The position numbers were made by a program, and so were the translations under genes. The notes below the pieces were generated by a model, which searched no databases, was not told where the DNA came from, and saw nothing but the letters and a program-made list of their open reading frames with translations. Positions 18,278 to 27,696 of a stretch of DNA of 64,000 nucleotides are shown here, piece after piece. Position 1 is the first letter of the stretch; the number at the start of each line of letters is the position of its first letter. Source of the stretch: Christensenellaceae bacterium. GTDB taxonomy: Bacteria; Bacillota; Clostridia; Christensenellales; UBA1242. Where the stretch lies: the NCBI GenBank assembly GCA_031260975.1, contig JAISKJ010000003.1, positions 436,065 to 500,064 of the forward strand, written 5' to 3'.

Positions 18278-18544
18278 GTGGCAGAAGAAACAACTCAAAT
18301 TGAACCATTTAGTGAGGGTGCCTCAAGTGTGGTTTTGTATGGAGAGGCGCCGCCAAGTTTATTGGATGAAACAGGTCATATTCCGTCAAAAATGGAGGAC
18401 GAAAGCAGTTTTGATGGGACGAGCAGTTATGAAATAGATATTTTGTTTGGCACTGATTTAGGCGGCCTTAAGCACGACATGGATATCAGGGGCAGGGCGG
18501 GTGAAATTAATGAAGATATAAGTGATATAAGAGATTTATATTAA
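18278..18544 (+). CDS. hypothetical small acidic protein
   Basis: 88 aa, GTG start with AGGAGG SD, terminator immediately downstream; no family recognised. Confidence 0.55.
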   Translation: MAEETTQIEPFSEGASSVVLYGEAPPSLLDETGHIPSKMEDESSFDGTSSYEIDILFGTDLGGLKHDMDIRGRAGEINEDISDIRDLY

Positions 18545-18569
18545 AATTCCCTTTGCGGGGATTTTTTTT
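18545..18569 (+). terminator. intrinsic terminator
   Basis: AATTCCC-TTTGC-GGGGATT stem plus T8. Confidence 0.8.
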
Positions 18570-18698
18570 ATGTCGCTCTTTATTGTCTTTTAAGACTAAA
18601 AAAATATTGGGCACTTTGACAATTTTTTGATTGTATTTAATAGGCTAAATATGCTATAATTAAAGGGTAGTGAGAAATATTTAAAGGGGTGCTTTAAC

Positions 18699-21557
18699 TT
18701 GGCTATTTATACAACTTCTTCAAAAAAACCTAATACCAATAAACACCGAATTGTGGGGATATCGCTGATATCTCTTTCGTTGTTGCTTCTTGTTTTTACA
18801 ACAACAAATTGGCTTTGGTTTATAAAAAGTTTCTTTCTCGGGGTTTTTGGTGTGGCGTTTTATCCCATACTGCTGCTGATGATATTAATAGGAATCGGCG
18901 TGCTCACGCAGCGCCGTTTTGTGCATCAAAAAAAGTACCCAATTTATTTGGGCCTTGCGTTTTTTTGCATAATTGCCATGATACATGTGGCTGTGACAGG
19001 TGCTCTTAACAACGGGAATTTCTTTTCTTATCTTAGTGACTGTTATGGTGCCAAATATACCGCAGGTGGGTTGCTTGTAGGTATCTTTACCTTTCCGTTT
19101 ATGAGTTTTCTAAACCCGGTTGCAGCGTATGTGTTCTTTTCAATCGTGCTGGTTGTATTGATATCCCTGATAATAGAATACCTTTATGCCGTACGTCAGT
19201 TTGCGGTTTTAAGCCATAACAACACAAGGGTGGAAAAGGAAGAGCCTAATATAGATGTTATTGTGCCATATTTTGAGGGCACTCAAACAAAAAGTGCTCC
19301 GCCGCCTGAAGAGGAAGAGCCTGCGCCCGCCGAAACATTTAAGCAAGGGTCAAGAGCTAGGGATATTCTGGGGCTTAATAAGACCGAGCAGGCAGAGTCT
19401 GCGGCGCAGCCCCGTCAGCGGCTTTATGATAGTGAGCCCAAACCTAATCCTGTGGCTTCCATTCCTCAGCCGAGTGAACAGTGGATGAACCGTAGCATGG
19501 GCAAGAATCCAACCGAAACTGCGGATATTCGTCCTCCCAAGTATGTGCATGACCCCAACAATGTAATAGGCAGACCTGAGAGTATTATGGATATAAGAAA
19601 CCGTGAATATCTTCAGAGTATTCACAAGGTTGTGCCTGAAAATGTTGTTCCCATCATCAATGCCGAGACAGTTGGCAGCAGAATTGAACCGCTTCAAAAT
19701 AGAAACATAAATGTCGTGCCGCAGCCGATTACACCGATACCGCCGATATCTCAGTCAATACAGCAGTCTTCCACGGTGCCTATAGAGCCGCAGCCGATTA
19801 TACCTAATCCGATAATCAGCAATGTAGACAATCTGGCTCCTAAATTGTCGCCGCTTAATCCAAATAACTTTAAAACCGGTGACGACAAGAGTAGTTTTGA
19901 CGAGGGTAAATCAATAATAAGCTCGGTTGAAGATTTCAGTCAGCCAAAAGAAAATGTTGCTGAAAAGTTTAATATTCCTCAGGGTATGAAGCGTCAGCAG
20001 GAAATGAGTGTACAGATAAGTATTCCGGGCACTGAACGCGAAAAGACCGCCAAAGCGCAGCCTGCGCCAAAATATAAGAGAGTTTCAAGATATAACAGGC
20101 CCCCTGTGGAGATGCTTAATGTTATTACGCATGATATATCAGGATATGAACACCAGCAGCAACAAAATATTGAAAAGCTTGAGGAAGTGCTTAACAAGTT
20201 TGGTATTGCCGCCAAGGTTATTGCAGTGCGAAGAGGCCCTGCAGTTACGCGTTATGAGGTGTCTATACCCATGGGCGTGGGTGTAAAGAAGCTGATAAAT
20301 CACAATTTGGATATATCAATGGCTCTTGCTGCCCGCGGTGAAATAAGAATAGAAGCACCTATACCCGGCAAGAGTGCTGTGGGAATTGAGGTGCCCAACA
20401 ACGGCATTGATGCAGTAGGTTTGCGTGACATTGTCGACACTGAAAAATTCAGGTCGGCACATTCGCCGCTCAGCTTTGCAGTGGGCAAAGACATTGACGG
20501 CACCGTTTATGTGGGTGATATCGCAAAGATGCCGCACTTGCTTGTTGCAGGTGCTACCGGCTCAGGAAAGAGCGTTGCACTAAACAGTATGCTTATAAGC
20601 TTACTATACAAAGCCTCACCTGAGGATTTGAAGCTGATTATTGTTGACCCCAAAAGGGTGGAGTTTACGTTATTCAACGGCTTACCTCACATGCTTATAC
20701 CAAACTCCATAACTGACACCAACAAGGCTATCAATGCCCTGAATTGGCTTATTAATGAGATGGAACGCAGATATGAGCTTTTTCAAAATTGTTATGTTAA
20801 AAACATTCACGAATATAACAGTCAGTCTCAGGTAGTGAGCGGACAGAGCGATAAGCTGCCGTTTATTGTGCTTATAGTTGACGAGTTTGGTGACCTTATG
20901 GCTGGGCCACATCGAAGAGACTTTGAGGACCAAATAATCAAGCTTACCCAAAAAGCAAGGGCGGCGGGTATTCATATAATTCTGGCTACTCAGCGTCCGT
21001 CGGTGGATGTTATTACCGGAACCATCAAGATTAACCTGCCTTCGCGTATGGCATTTGCCGTCAACACCTTTGAAGACTCCCGAACTATTCTGGGCTGCGG
21101 CGGTGCTGACAAGTTGCTGGGCCGGGGAGACATGCTCTATATGGCTTCCAGCAGTCCGGCTCCCATAAGGCTTCAAGGTGCGTTTGTAGATACTCCCGAA
21201 ATTGCGGCAATTATAAAATATGTCAAAGAACATAATGAAACACATTTTGATGAGGAGCTTGAAGTTCAGATTACCAGCAATCCTGATACGGGCGACAAAG
21301 GTGAGGCTTCTGCTGGCGGCGGCAATACGGGCGGCGTGGACGCTCTTATGCAAGACGCTCTGAAGCTTGTAATTGACAGTGGAAATGCTTCGGTGTCAAT
21401 GCTTCAGCGAAGGTTTTCAATAGGCTTCAACCGTGCAGCACGTATCGTTGACCAGATGGAAGAGGCGGGCTTTGTTGGCCCTCAGGACGGCAGTAAATCG
21501 CGAAAGGTGTATATTACCATGGAGCATTTTAATGAGCTGTTCGGCTCAAAAGAATAA
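18699..21557 (+). CDS. ftsK: DNA translocase FtsK/SpoIIIE
   Basis: 952 aa; N-terminal TM helices, Pro/Gln-rich linker, Walker A GATGSGKS, C-terminal gamma wHTH; TTG start. Confidence 0.94.
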   Translation: MAIYTTSSKKPNTNKHRIVGISLISLSLLLLVFTTTNWLWFIKSFFLGVFGVAFYPILLLMILIGIGVLTQRRFVHQKKYPIYLGLAFFCIIAMIHVAVTGALNNGNFFSYLSDCYGAKYTAGGLLVGIFTFPFMSFLNPVAAYVFFSIVLVVLISLIIEYLYAVRQFAVLSHNNTRVEKEEPNIDVIVPYFEGTQTKSAPPPEEEEPAPAETFKQGSRARDILGLNKTEQAESAAQPRQRLYDSEPKPNPVASIPQPSEQWMNRSMGKNPTETADIRPPKYVHDPNNVIGRPESIMDIRNREYLQSIHKVVPENVVPIINAETVGSRIEPLQNRNINVVPQPITPIPPISQSIQQSSTVPIEPQPIIPNPIISNVDNLAPKLSPLNPNNFKTGDDKSSFDEGKSIISSVEDFSQPKENVAEKFNIPQGMKRQQEMSVQISIPGTEREKTAKAQPAPKYKRVSRYNRPPVEMLNVITHDISGYEHQQQQNIEKLEEVLNKFGIAAKVIAVRRGPAVTRYEVSIPMGVGVKKLINHNLDISMALAARGEIRIEAPIPGKSAVGIEVPNNGIDAVGLRDIVDTEKFRSAHSPLSFAVGKDIDGTVYVGDIAKMPHLLVAGATGSGKSVALNSMLISLLYKASPEDLKLIIVDPKRVEFTLFNGLPHMLIPNSITDTNKAINALNWLINEMERRYELFQNCYVKNIHEYNSQSQVVSGQSDKLPFIVLIVDEFGDLMAGPHRRDFEDQIIKLTQKARAAGIHIILATQRPSVDVITGTIKINLPSRMAFAVNTFEDSRTILGCGGADKLLGRGDMLYMASSSPAPIRLQGAFVDTPEIAAIIKYVKEHNETHFDEELEVQITSNPDTGDKGEASAGGGNTGGVDALMQDALKLVIDSGNASVSMLQRRFSIGFNRAARIVDQMEEAGFVGPQDGSKSRKVYITMEHFNELFGSKE

Positions 21558-21566
21558 GTCTTAATG

Positions 21567-21671
21567 GTCATTGTGAGCTTTGCTCCGGCGGCTTATTTAT
21601 GAAGCAATCCATTAATATATTATTTAATTATGGGAATGCTTAGTCAGCAGCTGAAGTGAAGTTCATAGTGA
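21567..21671. repeat. about 105-bp imperfect inverted-repeat element (arms GTCAYTRTGARCTT ... AAGCAWTCC)
   Basis: Left arm 21567-21616 versus reverse complement of 21628-21671 pair at both ends; termini resemble the 13112-13211 element. Confidence 0.55.
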
Positions 21672-21699
21672 CGTAAAGAAAATATAACGGAGAGAGATT

Positions 21700-23010
21700 T
21701 TGACTGAAGAAAAACTAAACAAAACAGTTGGATTTGTGTCGCTTGGGTGTGACAAAAACAGGGTGGATACCGAAAGCATAATAACCACTCTTTATGCTAA
21801 TGGTTTTAAAACAACAGGAAACATAAATGATGCTCAGATAATAATAATAAACACCTGTGCTTTTTTAAAGTCTGCTCGTGATGAGGCTCTTGCCACTATG
21901 CTTGAAATGCTGGATTATAAAAAGACAAGTGCCGAAAAAATAATCGTGGCAGGCTGTCTTTGTCAAATGGATGATAAGCTCAAAGAAAAGTATCCTGAGA
22001 TTGACGCTTTTATTACGCCCAAGGATTATGGCGATATTGCAAAGATAATATACGGCCTTTATGGAAAGCCTTATAAAAACTCCAACGGTGTTCCGGATTA
22101 TCGCAAAATTACAACGCCCGGGCATTTTGCATATCTTAAGATTGCCGAAGGCTGTGACAATTCCTGTAGCTATTGCACAATTCCAAAAATTAAAGGACCC
22201 TATGTCAGCGAACCTATTGAAAGTCTTGTAAAAACGGCGACGATACTTGCTGAGCAGGGAGTGAAGGAGCTCATTTTGGTGGCGCAGGATACCACAAGGT
22301 ATGGGCTTGACTTATATAAAAAACAGACTATTGCTGAGCTTTTAAAAAAGCTTAGTGAAATTAATGGTATTGAATGGATACGCTTGCATTATTGTTATCC
22401 TGAGATGCTGACGCCGGCAATAATAAACGAAATTGCGACTAACCCCAAGGTTGTAAAGTATCTGGATATTCCGTTTCAGCATGTAAGCACAAAGGTACTT
22501 AAGTCCATGAACAGAGCAGGCAACGAGCAATCTGTAAAATTGATTGTTGAAATGCTGCGCTCTAAAATTCCGGAGATAGTGCTCAGGTCCACTTTTATTG
22601 TAGGCTTTCCGGGGGAAACTAATGAGGACTTTAAACTTCTTTTGAAGTTTTTGAAGGAATATAAATTGGATGCCGTCGGCTTCTTTGCATATTCAAATGA
22701 AGAGGGAACTCCATCTTTTGAATTTGATGGGCAACTTAGTCAAAAAGAAAAGCAAAAGAGGCTGGAGGCCGCTCAGAAGATTCAAAGCAAAATTGCCTTT
22801 GAGCTAAATCAAAAGTTTATAGGCGCCACCCAAAAGGTGTTGTGCGACGGATTTGATCAGGCGAATGGCCTATATTATGGGCGTAACTATGGTAGCTCAC
22901 CGGACGTTGATTTTGTTGTGTATATAAATGGGAAATGCAGTATAGGTGATTTTGTATCAGTAAAAATTACTGATGCAACAGACGAGTATTTGATAGGGGA
23001 AATTGCATAG
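21700..23010 (+). CDS. rimO: ribosomal protein S12 methylthiotransferase RimO
   Basis: 436 aa; UPF0004 N-domain, radical-SAM CDNSCSYC, TRAM C-domain; TTG start. Confidence 0.9.
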   Translation: MTEEKLNKTVGFVSLGCDKNRVDTESIITTLYANGFKTTGNINDAQIIIINTCAFLKSARDEALATMLEMLDYKKTSAEKIIVAGCLCQMDDKLKEKYPEIDAFITPKDYGDIAKIIYGLYGKPYKNSNGVPDYRKITTPGHFAYLKIAEGCDNSCSYCTIPKIKGPYVSEPIESLVKTATILAEQGVKELILVAQDTTRYGLDLYKKQTIAELLKKLSEINGIEWIRLHYCYPEMLTPAIINEIATNPKVVKYLDIPFQHVSTKVLKSMNRAGNEQSVKLIVEMLRSKIPEIVLRSTFIVGFPGETNEDFKLLLKFLKEYKLDAVGFFAYSNEEGTPSFEFDGQLSQKEKQKRLEAAQKIQSKIAFELNQKFIGATQKVLCDGFDQANGLYYGRNYGSSPDVDFVVYINGKCSIGDFVSVKITDATDEYLIGEIA

Positions 23011-23042
23011 TATTATGCAATAGTTTGCATAATACTATGCAA
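23003..23042. repeat. two perfect palindromic repeat copies in opposite orientation (TTGCATAGTATTATGCAA tagt TTGCATAATACTATGCAA)
   Basis: 23003-23020 and 23025-23042; first copy contains the rimO stop codon. Confidence 0.92.
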
Positions 23043-23069
23043 ACTTTAGTCACACAAAGGAGAGATATA

Positions 23070-24296
23070 ATGAATATAAGTATACTTACAGTCAGCAACA
23101 GCGAAGTTATATCAACGGCACCAAACAGCGCCCTTTGTTTGGTTGCTTCTACGCTTCACAAAAGCGGTTTTAACATAGCTGAAAACAATCATTTGTCGGT
23201 GGATGCCGCTGTAACTCTTAGTAATCTTACGCAGGCTTATGAACACAGTGACTGTGTAATTTTGGCTGTTCAAGATCAGATAGATTATGCTTATGTTTTG
23301 AAAAAGACTGTTGCCAAATATTTTGAGGACGAGGTTGTGCCAAATATCTACGCCAAAAACGCGCTTTCAAATTATTATAAGGCGCAAAATGTGCCGCTTC
23401 CTAAGGATGCGCTGTCACACGCGCAGATGCCAAAGAGCGCACGGGCAATTTTAAACGATCTTGGCCCCATGCAGGGATTTTTGATGGAAAAGCAAGGCAA
23501 GCTGCTGTTTTTTATGCCATATACCGAAATTGAACTGAAGGATATGTTCATAAAATCCGTTTTGCCATATCTTATCGAAAACACCAAGGAGCGCAGCAAG
23601 ACCATAATTTTTAAGCTTTTTGGGCTGACGCAAAATGAGATTTTATCAATTTTGAAGGACCTTCGGAAAAACAAGCAGAAGATAAACATTATTTGCAGCG
23701 AAACGCTTTTGGATTGTGAACTTATTATCGACTTTTCTGAAAAGACCGAGCAGATTGTGATTGACGGGCTTGTTTCCACAATATATAAGAGGCTTGGAAA
23801 TTACATTTATGCTGACAGCGACATAAGCCTGCCTGAGTGCTTGCTGGGTTTGCTGAATGTCAAAAATAATTCACTTGTTTGTGCCGAGGACGCTACTTGT
23901 GGTGCTGTGAGTGCGGGGCTTCTGGCAGCCGGACCCAAGGCCGCCGAGAGACTTGTTGAAAGCTTTATAGTTCCTAATAAAAACAGCAAAATCAAGAATT
24001 TGGGCGTTGATGCCGATTTGTTCAGAGGCGCAAATGTTGATGCAAACGAAGTGGTTTATCAGATGGCGGTGGGAGCACTTGAAAATTCATCCGCAAATTT
24101 TGTTGTAGCAACCTTTTCAAAAGGTGACACGCTATATCTTGGCATAGGAACTACTGACGGCATACATGTTTACACTCAAAACTTTAAAGGCTTGCTAAAG
24201 GAGCGCATTTCAAAGTTCAGTTCGGCCGCCTATTTTAATTTAATTAAGAAAATTAAGAAAAACGATTTTAATTTGCCGCAAAATGTAGTACAATGA
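23070..24296 (+). CDS. cinA: CinA-like competence/damage-inducible protein (divergent)
   Basis: 408 aa directly upstream of recA; AAGGAG SD before ATG 23070; ORF-track start 23025 is inside the repeat. Confidence 0.6.
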   Translation: MNISILTVSNSEVISTAPNSALCLVASTLHKSGFNIAENNHLSVDAAVTLSNLTQAYEHSDCVILAVQDQIDYAYVLKKTVAKYFEDEVVPNIYAKNALSNYYKAQNVPLPKDALSHAQMPKSARAILNDLGPMQGFLMEKQGKLLFFMPYTEIELKDMFIKSVLPYLIENTKERSKTIIFKLFGLTQNEILSILKDLRKNKQKINIICSETLLDCELIIDFSEKTEQIVIDGLVSTIYKRLGNYIYADSDISLPECLLGLLNVKNNSLVCAEDATCGAVSAGLLAAGPKAAERLVESFIVPNKNSKIKNLGVDADLFRGANVDANEVVYQMAVGALENSSANFVVATFSKGDTLYLGIGTTDGIHVYTQNFKGLLKERISKFSSAAYFNLIKKIKKNDFNLPQNVVQ

Positions 24297-24323
24297 AATC
24301 ACAAAGGTTAAGGAGAGAGAATT

Positions 24324-25328
24324 ATGGAAACCAAAAAACAGGAGCTGCTGGATCAGGCGATTTTGCAGATAGAAAAACAGTTTGGCAAAGGTGCTATTAT
24401 GAAGCTGGGAGAAGCTCCCCTTCAAAACATTGAAGTTATTTCAACGGGATGTTTGACGCTTGACAACGCCCTTGGCATCGGAGGTGTTCCAAGAGGAAGG
24501 ATTGTGGAAATTTATGGACCTGAGTCTTCGGGCAAAACCACGGTTGCGCTTCATATTGTGGCTGAGGCCCAAAAAAGTGGCGGAACGGCAGCGTTTATTG
24601 ACGCTGAGCACGCTCTTGACCCAATTTATGCCGGAAAGCTTGGCGTAAATATTGAGGATTTATATGTTTCGCAGCCTGACACGGGCGAGCAGGCGCTGGA
24701 TATCTGTGACACATTGGTTCGAAGCGGCGTATTTGATATTGTGGTTATAGATTCAGTGGCGGCTCTTACTCCAAAGGCTGAAATTGAAGGCGAGATGGGT
24801 GACAGTTTTATGGGGCTTCAGGCAAGACTGATGAGTCAGGCACTGAGAAAGTTGACCGGAATTACCAACAAAAGCAAGACCTGTATTGTGTTTATCAACC
24901 AGCTGAGAGACAAAATCGGTGTTATGTTCGGTTCGCCTGAAACTACCACCGGCGGAAAAGCTCTCAAATTTTATGCAAGCATCAGGATGGATGTGCGCAA
25001 AATTGACCAGGTTAAAGACGGAAATGAGCTTTCGGGAAATCGCGTGAGAGTAAAGGTTGTAAAAAACAAGCTTGCGCCGCCTTTCAGGCAGGCCGAGTTT
25101 GACATTATTTTTGGCAAGGGTATTTCAAATGAGGGCTGTATTGTTGATTTGGCCACCGAGTTTGAAATTTTGCAAAAGAGCGGCTCGTGGTATTCATATA
25201 AGGATGAAAAGATAGCGCAAGGTAAAGAAAATATAAAAACATATCTGGAAAAGAATCCTGAGATATCAAAAGAAATAGTAGAGCAGATAAAAGCAAAGAT
25301 TGCCGAGAAAAACCAGCAAAAGGACTGA
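24324..25328 (+). CDS. recA: recombinase RecA
   Basis: 334 aa; GPESSGKTT Walker A, near-complete RecA core sequence. Confidence 0.98.
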   Translation: METKKQELLDQAILQIEKQFGKGAIMKLGEAPLQNIEVISTGCLTLDNALGIGGVPRGRIVEIYGPESSGKTTVALHIVAEAQKSGGTAAFIDAEHALDPIYAGKLGVNIEDLYVSQPDTGEQALDICDTLVRSGVFDIVVIDSVAALTPKAEIEGEMGDSFMGLQARLMSQALRKLTGITNKSKTCIVFINQLRDKIGVMFGSPETTTGGKALKFYASIRMDVRKIDQVKDGNELSGNRVRVKVVKNKLAPPFRQAEFDIIFGKGISNEGCIVDLATEFEILQKSGSWYSYKDEKIAQGKENIKTYLEKNPEISKEIVEQIKAKIAEKNQQKD

Positions 25329-25375
25329 TTGACAGCATTTTGCTTAGAAAATTGTAGTTTTAATGTTATTATTAA

Positions 25376-27628
25376 TCAATAAAAACCTGCGACCGGACGG
25401 TCTGACGCTCCGACTGCGGGTTTTTTAATTTTTGGATGGGGCGGCAAATATACTTTTACTATGTTGCTCAGCTCCGTTTTGTCTAAAAGCGTTGCTTTAC
25501 AGTAATATTCATATAAATTGCCGCGCTCAATTGTGTTTTGTTTAGTATAAAATCCGCTGCTGCCTATGACAGTTTCAATCAAGATTTCGCTGTCTTCTTG
25601 TTTTTTGAATAACTCATATTTGATATACGGTTTTGTGTGGGTGCTGAGTGTGACAGTGTTGTCTTTGACCGATGCTGTCAGTGTGACTTGTTCAAGTGTT
25701 TCAAATTTTGAACTTTGTTTAGGCATATAACGTTTGCTTAAGTAGACAGATTTTTTATACCGTTCACTCATTTCAGGGGGGCTCAGTCTCACTGTATGGT
25801 CATCCAAATCAAGGGTGCTGATTTCTATTTTTTCAACGCTATTTGGAATAGGAAAATTTTCCCCGTCAGGCAGTGCGGTATAGATATTTTTCATAACACG
25901 TATGGGTGTTCCTGAGCCGGTTTGAGTGGACTTAAGGTTTTCGTCGGGTTCACCGGTATTTCCAAACCACACATACACCGTGTTTTTGGTGGTGTAAGAT
26001 ATTGCACCTATATCGGTATTGGTTTTATCGGCTGCCCCCGCAGTGCCGGTTTTGGCGGCTATGTCAAACCCAAGCCCGCCAAGCCCTTTGGCTGTGCCTG
26101 TTTTTGCTGTTTCTTTCAGCATATCCGTAATTAGATATGCCGTGTCATCCCCCATAACTTGAGTGCCTCTCTCATCTTTTTGATAGATTGTTCGTCCGTA
26201 TTTGTTGACAATCTTTTTGACTGTGCCGATTTTTACAAAATTTCCGCTTCTTGAAAAAGGCAGATAGCTGTTTGCTATTTGAATATGACTAAGCCCTTGT
26301 GTTAGGCCCCCGAGTGCCATTGAAAGCCCGGTGTCGTCCTTGTCAAACGTAAGGCCTAAACGTGTGGCAAATGCCTTGGCTTTTTCCACACTCACAAAAC
26401 TTAAAATTTTTACTGCAGGCACATTCAGTGACTTTGAAAGTGCGGTTTTGGTGTCAGTCCAGCCCGAAAATTTACCGTTATAATTTGAAGGCGAATAATT
26501 GCCAAAGTCAGCGGGCTCGTCAAGAATAGGTGTTACAGGCGTAATTTTTCCTGTTTCAAGTGCGGGGGCGTATACTAAAACGGGTTTGATAAGGGAAGCA
26601 GGGTTACGCTTTATTTCAAAGAGGCTATATTTGGATGTACCCAGATATCCGCTTATCCCACCGGTTTTGTTGTTTATAACCATAGCAAGACTATCGGTCT
26701 GAGGCAAATATTTATCCTTCAAACTTTTTTTGATTGTTTTTTGAATAGACACATCCAGATAAGTATAAATCTTATATTGCTCGCGGACCAGGTCTCTTTC
26801 TGTAATATTTAGAATTTTACATGCTTCAGATATGGCAAATGCTTCATAACTGTTTGCAAGATAGGAATTTTTGTTGATGTCAAGATTTAGAGCTTCTTTT
26901 TTGGCTGTGTCATATTGCAGTTTTGTTATTTTTCCGTCGTTTAGCATTTCAGAAAGCACCAGATTGCGCCGCTCAAGCGATGCCTTGGGTTCCAGAATGG
27001 GAGAGTATAGCTTTGGAGATTTTATAACCCCGGCCAGCAGTGCGCTTTCGGCAAGATTAAGCTGGGAGGCGGGCTTGTTGAAATATCGGTGACTTGCTTC
27101 GTTTATTCCAAAGGTGTTGCTGCCAAAATATATTACGTTGAGATAAGCTTCAAGAATTTGGTTTTTATTAAAGTTTTTTTCAAGTCGCTGGGTCAGCAGA
27201 ATTTCATTAAACTTACGCCCCAAAGTTTTTTCGGAGCTGAGATGAGTGTTTTTTATAAGCTGCTGACTGATAGTGGAGGCTCCTTCGCTAAAACCCAGCT
27301 GCTTTATATTTACAAGCGCGGCTTTTGCAATCCGCCCCCAGTTAATGCCGTGATGCTTATAAAAGTCTTTATCCTCTATGCTGATAAAGGCATCAATGGT
27401 GTGCCGGTTGAGATTTTTTAGTGCTATAGTTTTGGTGGGTGTGCTTACTTGGTGATTGTCACCGTCAAAAATAGTGGGATGAGAATTTATATATTGCAGG
27501 GCATTTTCGTCGAATCTAACCGAAGCAAGCGGATAAAGTGCGCCAAAATAGAGCAGCGTGAAAAAAAGTATGCTAAGAGAAGCTGCAACTGACAGTGAAA
27601 TCAGAGTAAATTTAAGAACTTTTTTCAT
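25376..27628 (-). CDS. class A penicillin-binding protein (transglycosylase/transpeptidase)
   Basis: 750 aa; GT51 motifs (EDKDFYKHHGI, STISQQL), transpeptidase SLIK (SxxK), KTGT. Confidence 0.9.
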   Translation of the reverse strand: MKKVLKFTLISLSVAASLSILFFTLLYFGALYPLASVRFDENALQYINSHPTIFDGDNHQVSTPTKTIALKNLNRHTIDAFISIEDKDFYKHHGINWGRIAKAALVNIKQLGFSEGASTISQQLIKNTHLSSEKTLGRKFNEILLTQRLEKNFNKNQILEAYLNVIYFGSNTFGINEASHRYFNKPASQLNLAESALLAGVIKSPKLYSPILEPKASLERRNLVLSEMLNDGKITKLQYDTAKKEALNLDINKNSYLANSYEAFAISEACKILNITERDLVREQYKIYTYLDVSIQKTIKKSLKDKYLPQTDSLAMVINNKTGGISGYLGTSKYSLFEIKRNPASLIKPVLVYAPALETGKITPVTPILDEPADFGNYSPSNYNGKFSGWTDTKTALSKSLNVPAVKILSFVSVEKAKAFATRLGLTFDKDDTGLSMALGGLTQGLSHIQIANSYLPFSRSGNFVKIGTVKKIVNKYGRTIYQKDERGTQVMGDDTAYLITDMLKETAKTGTAKGLGGLGFDIAAKTGTAGAADKTNTDIGAISYTTKNTVYVWFGNTGEPDENLKSTQTGSGTPIRVMKNIYTALPDGENFPIPNSVEKIEISTLDLDDHTVRLSPPEMSERYKKSVYLSKRYMPKQSSKFETLEQVTLTASVKDNTVTLSTHTKPYIKYELFKKQEDSEILIETVIGSSGFYTKQNTIERGNLYEYYCKATLLDKTELSNIVKVYLPPHPKIKKPAVGASDRPVAGFY

Positions 27629-27658
27629 AGGATTAGGTTATGTAAAAGATTTATTTTG

Positions 27659-27687
27659 TTGCAAAATACTTCAAAAAAAGGTATAAT
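27659..27687 (+). promoter_or_regulatory. promoter of miaB (TTGCAA-17-TATAAT), ATG 9 nt after the -10 box
   Basis: -35 at 27659-64, -10 at 27682-87, ATG 27697, no SD. Confidence 0.55.
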
Positions 27688-27696
27688 TTGTATACT

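Noticed and set aside
25376-25440. Possible recA terminator hairpin (CCTGCGA...CTGCGGG plus T6) overlapping the 3' end of the convergent PBP gene
   Set aside because: The stem has wobble pairs and mismatches and lies inside coding sequence. It is not strong enough to annotate.
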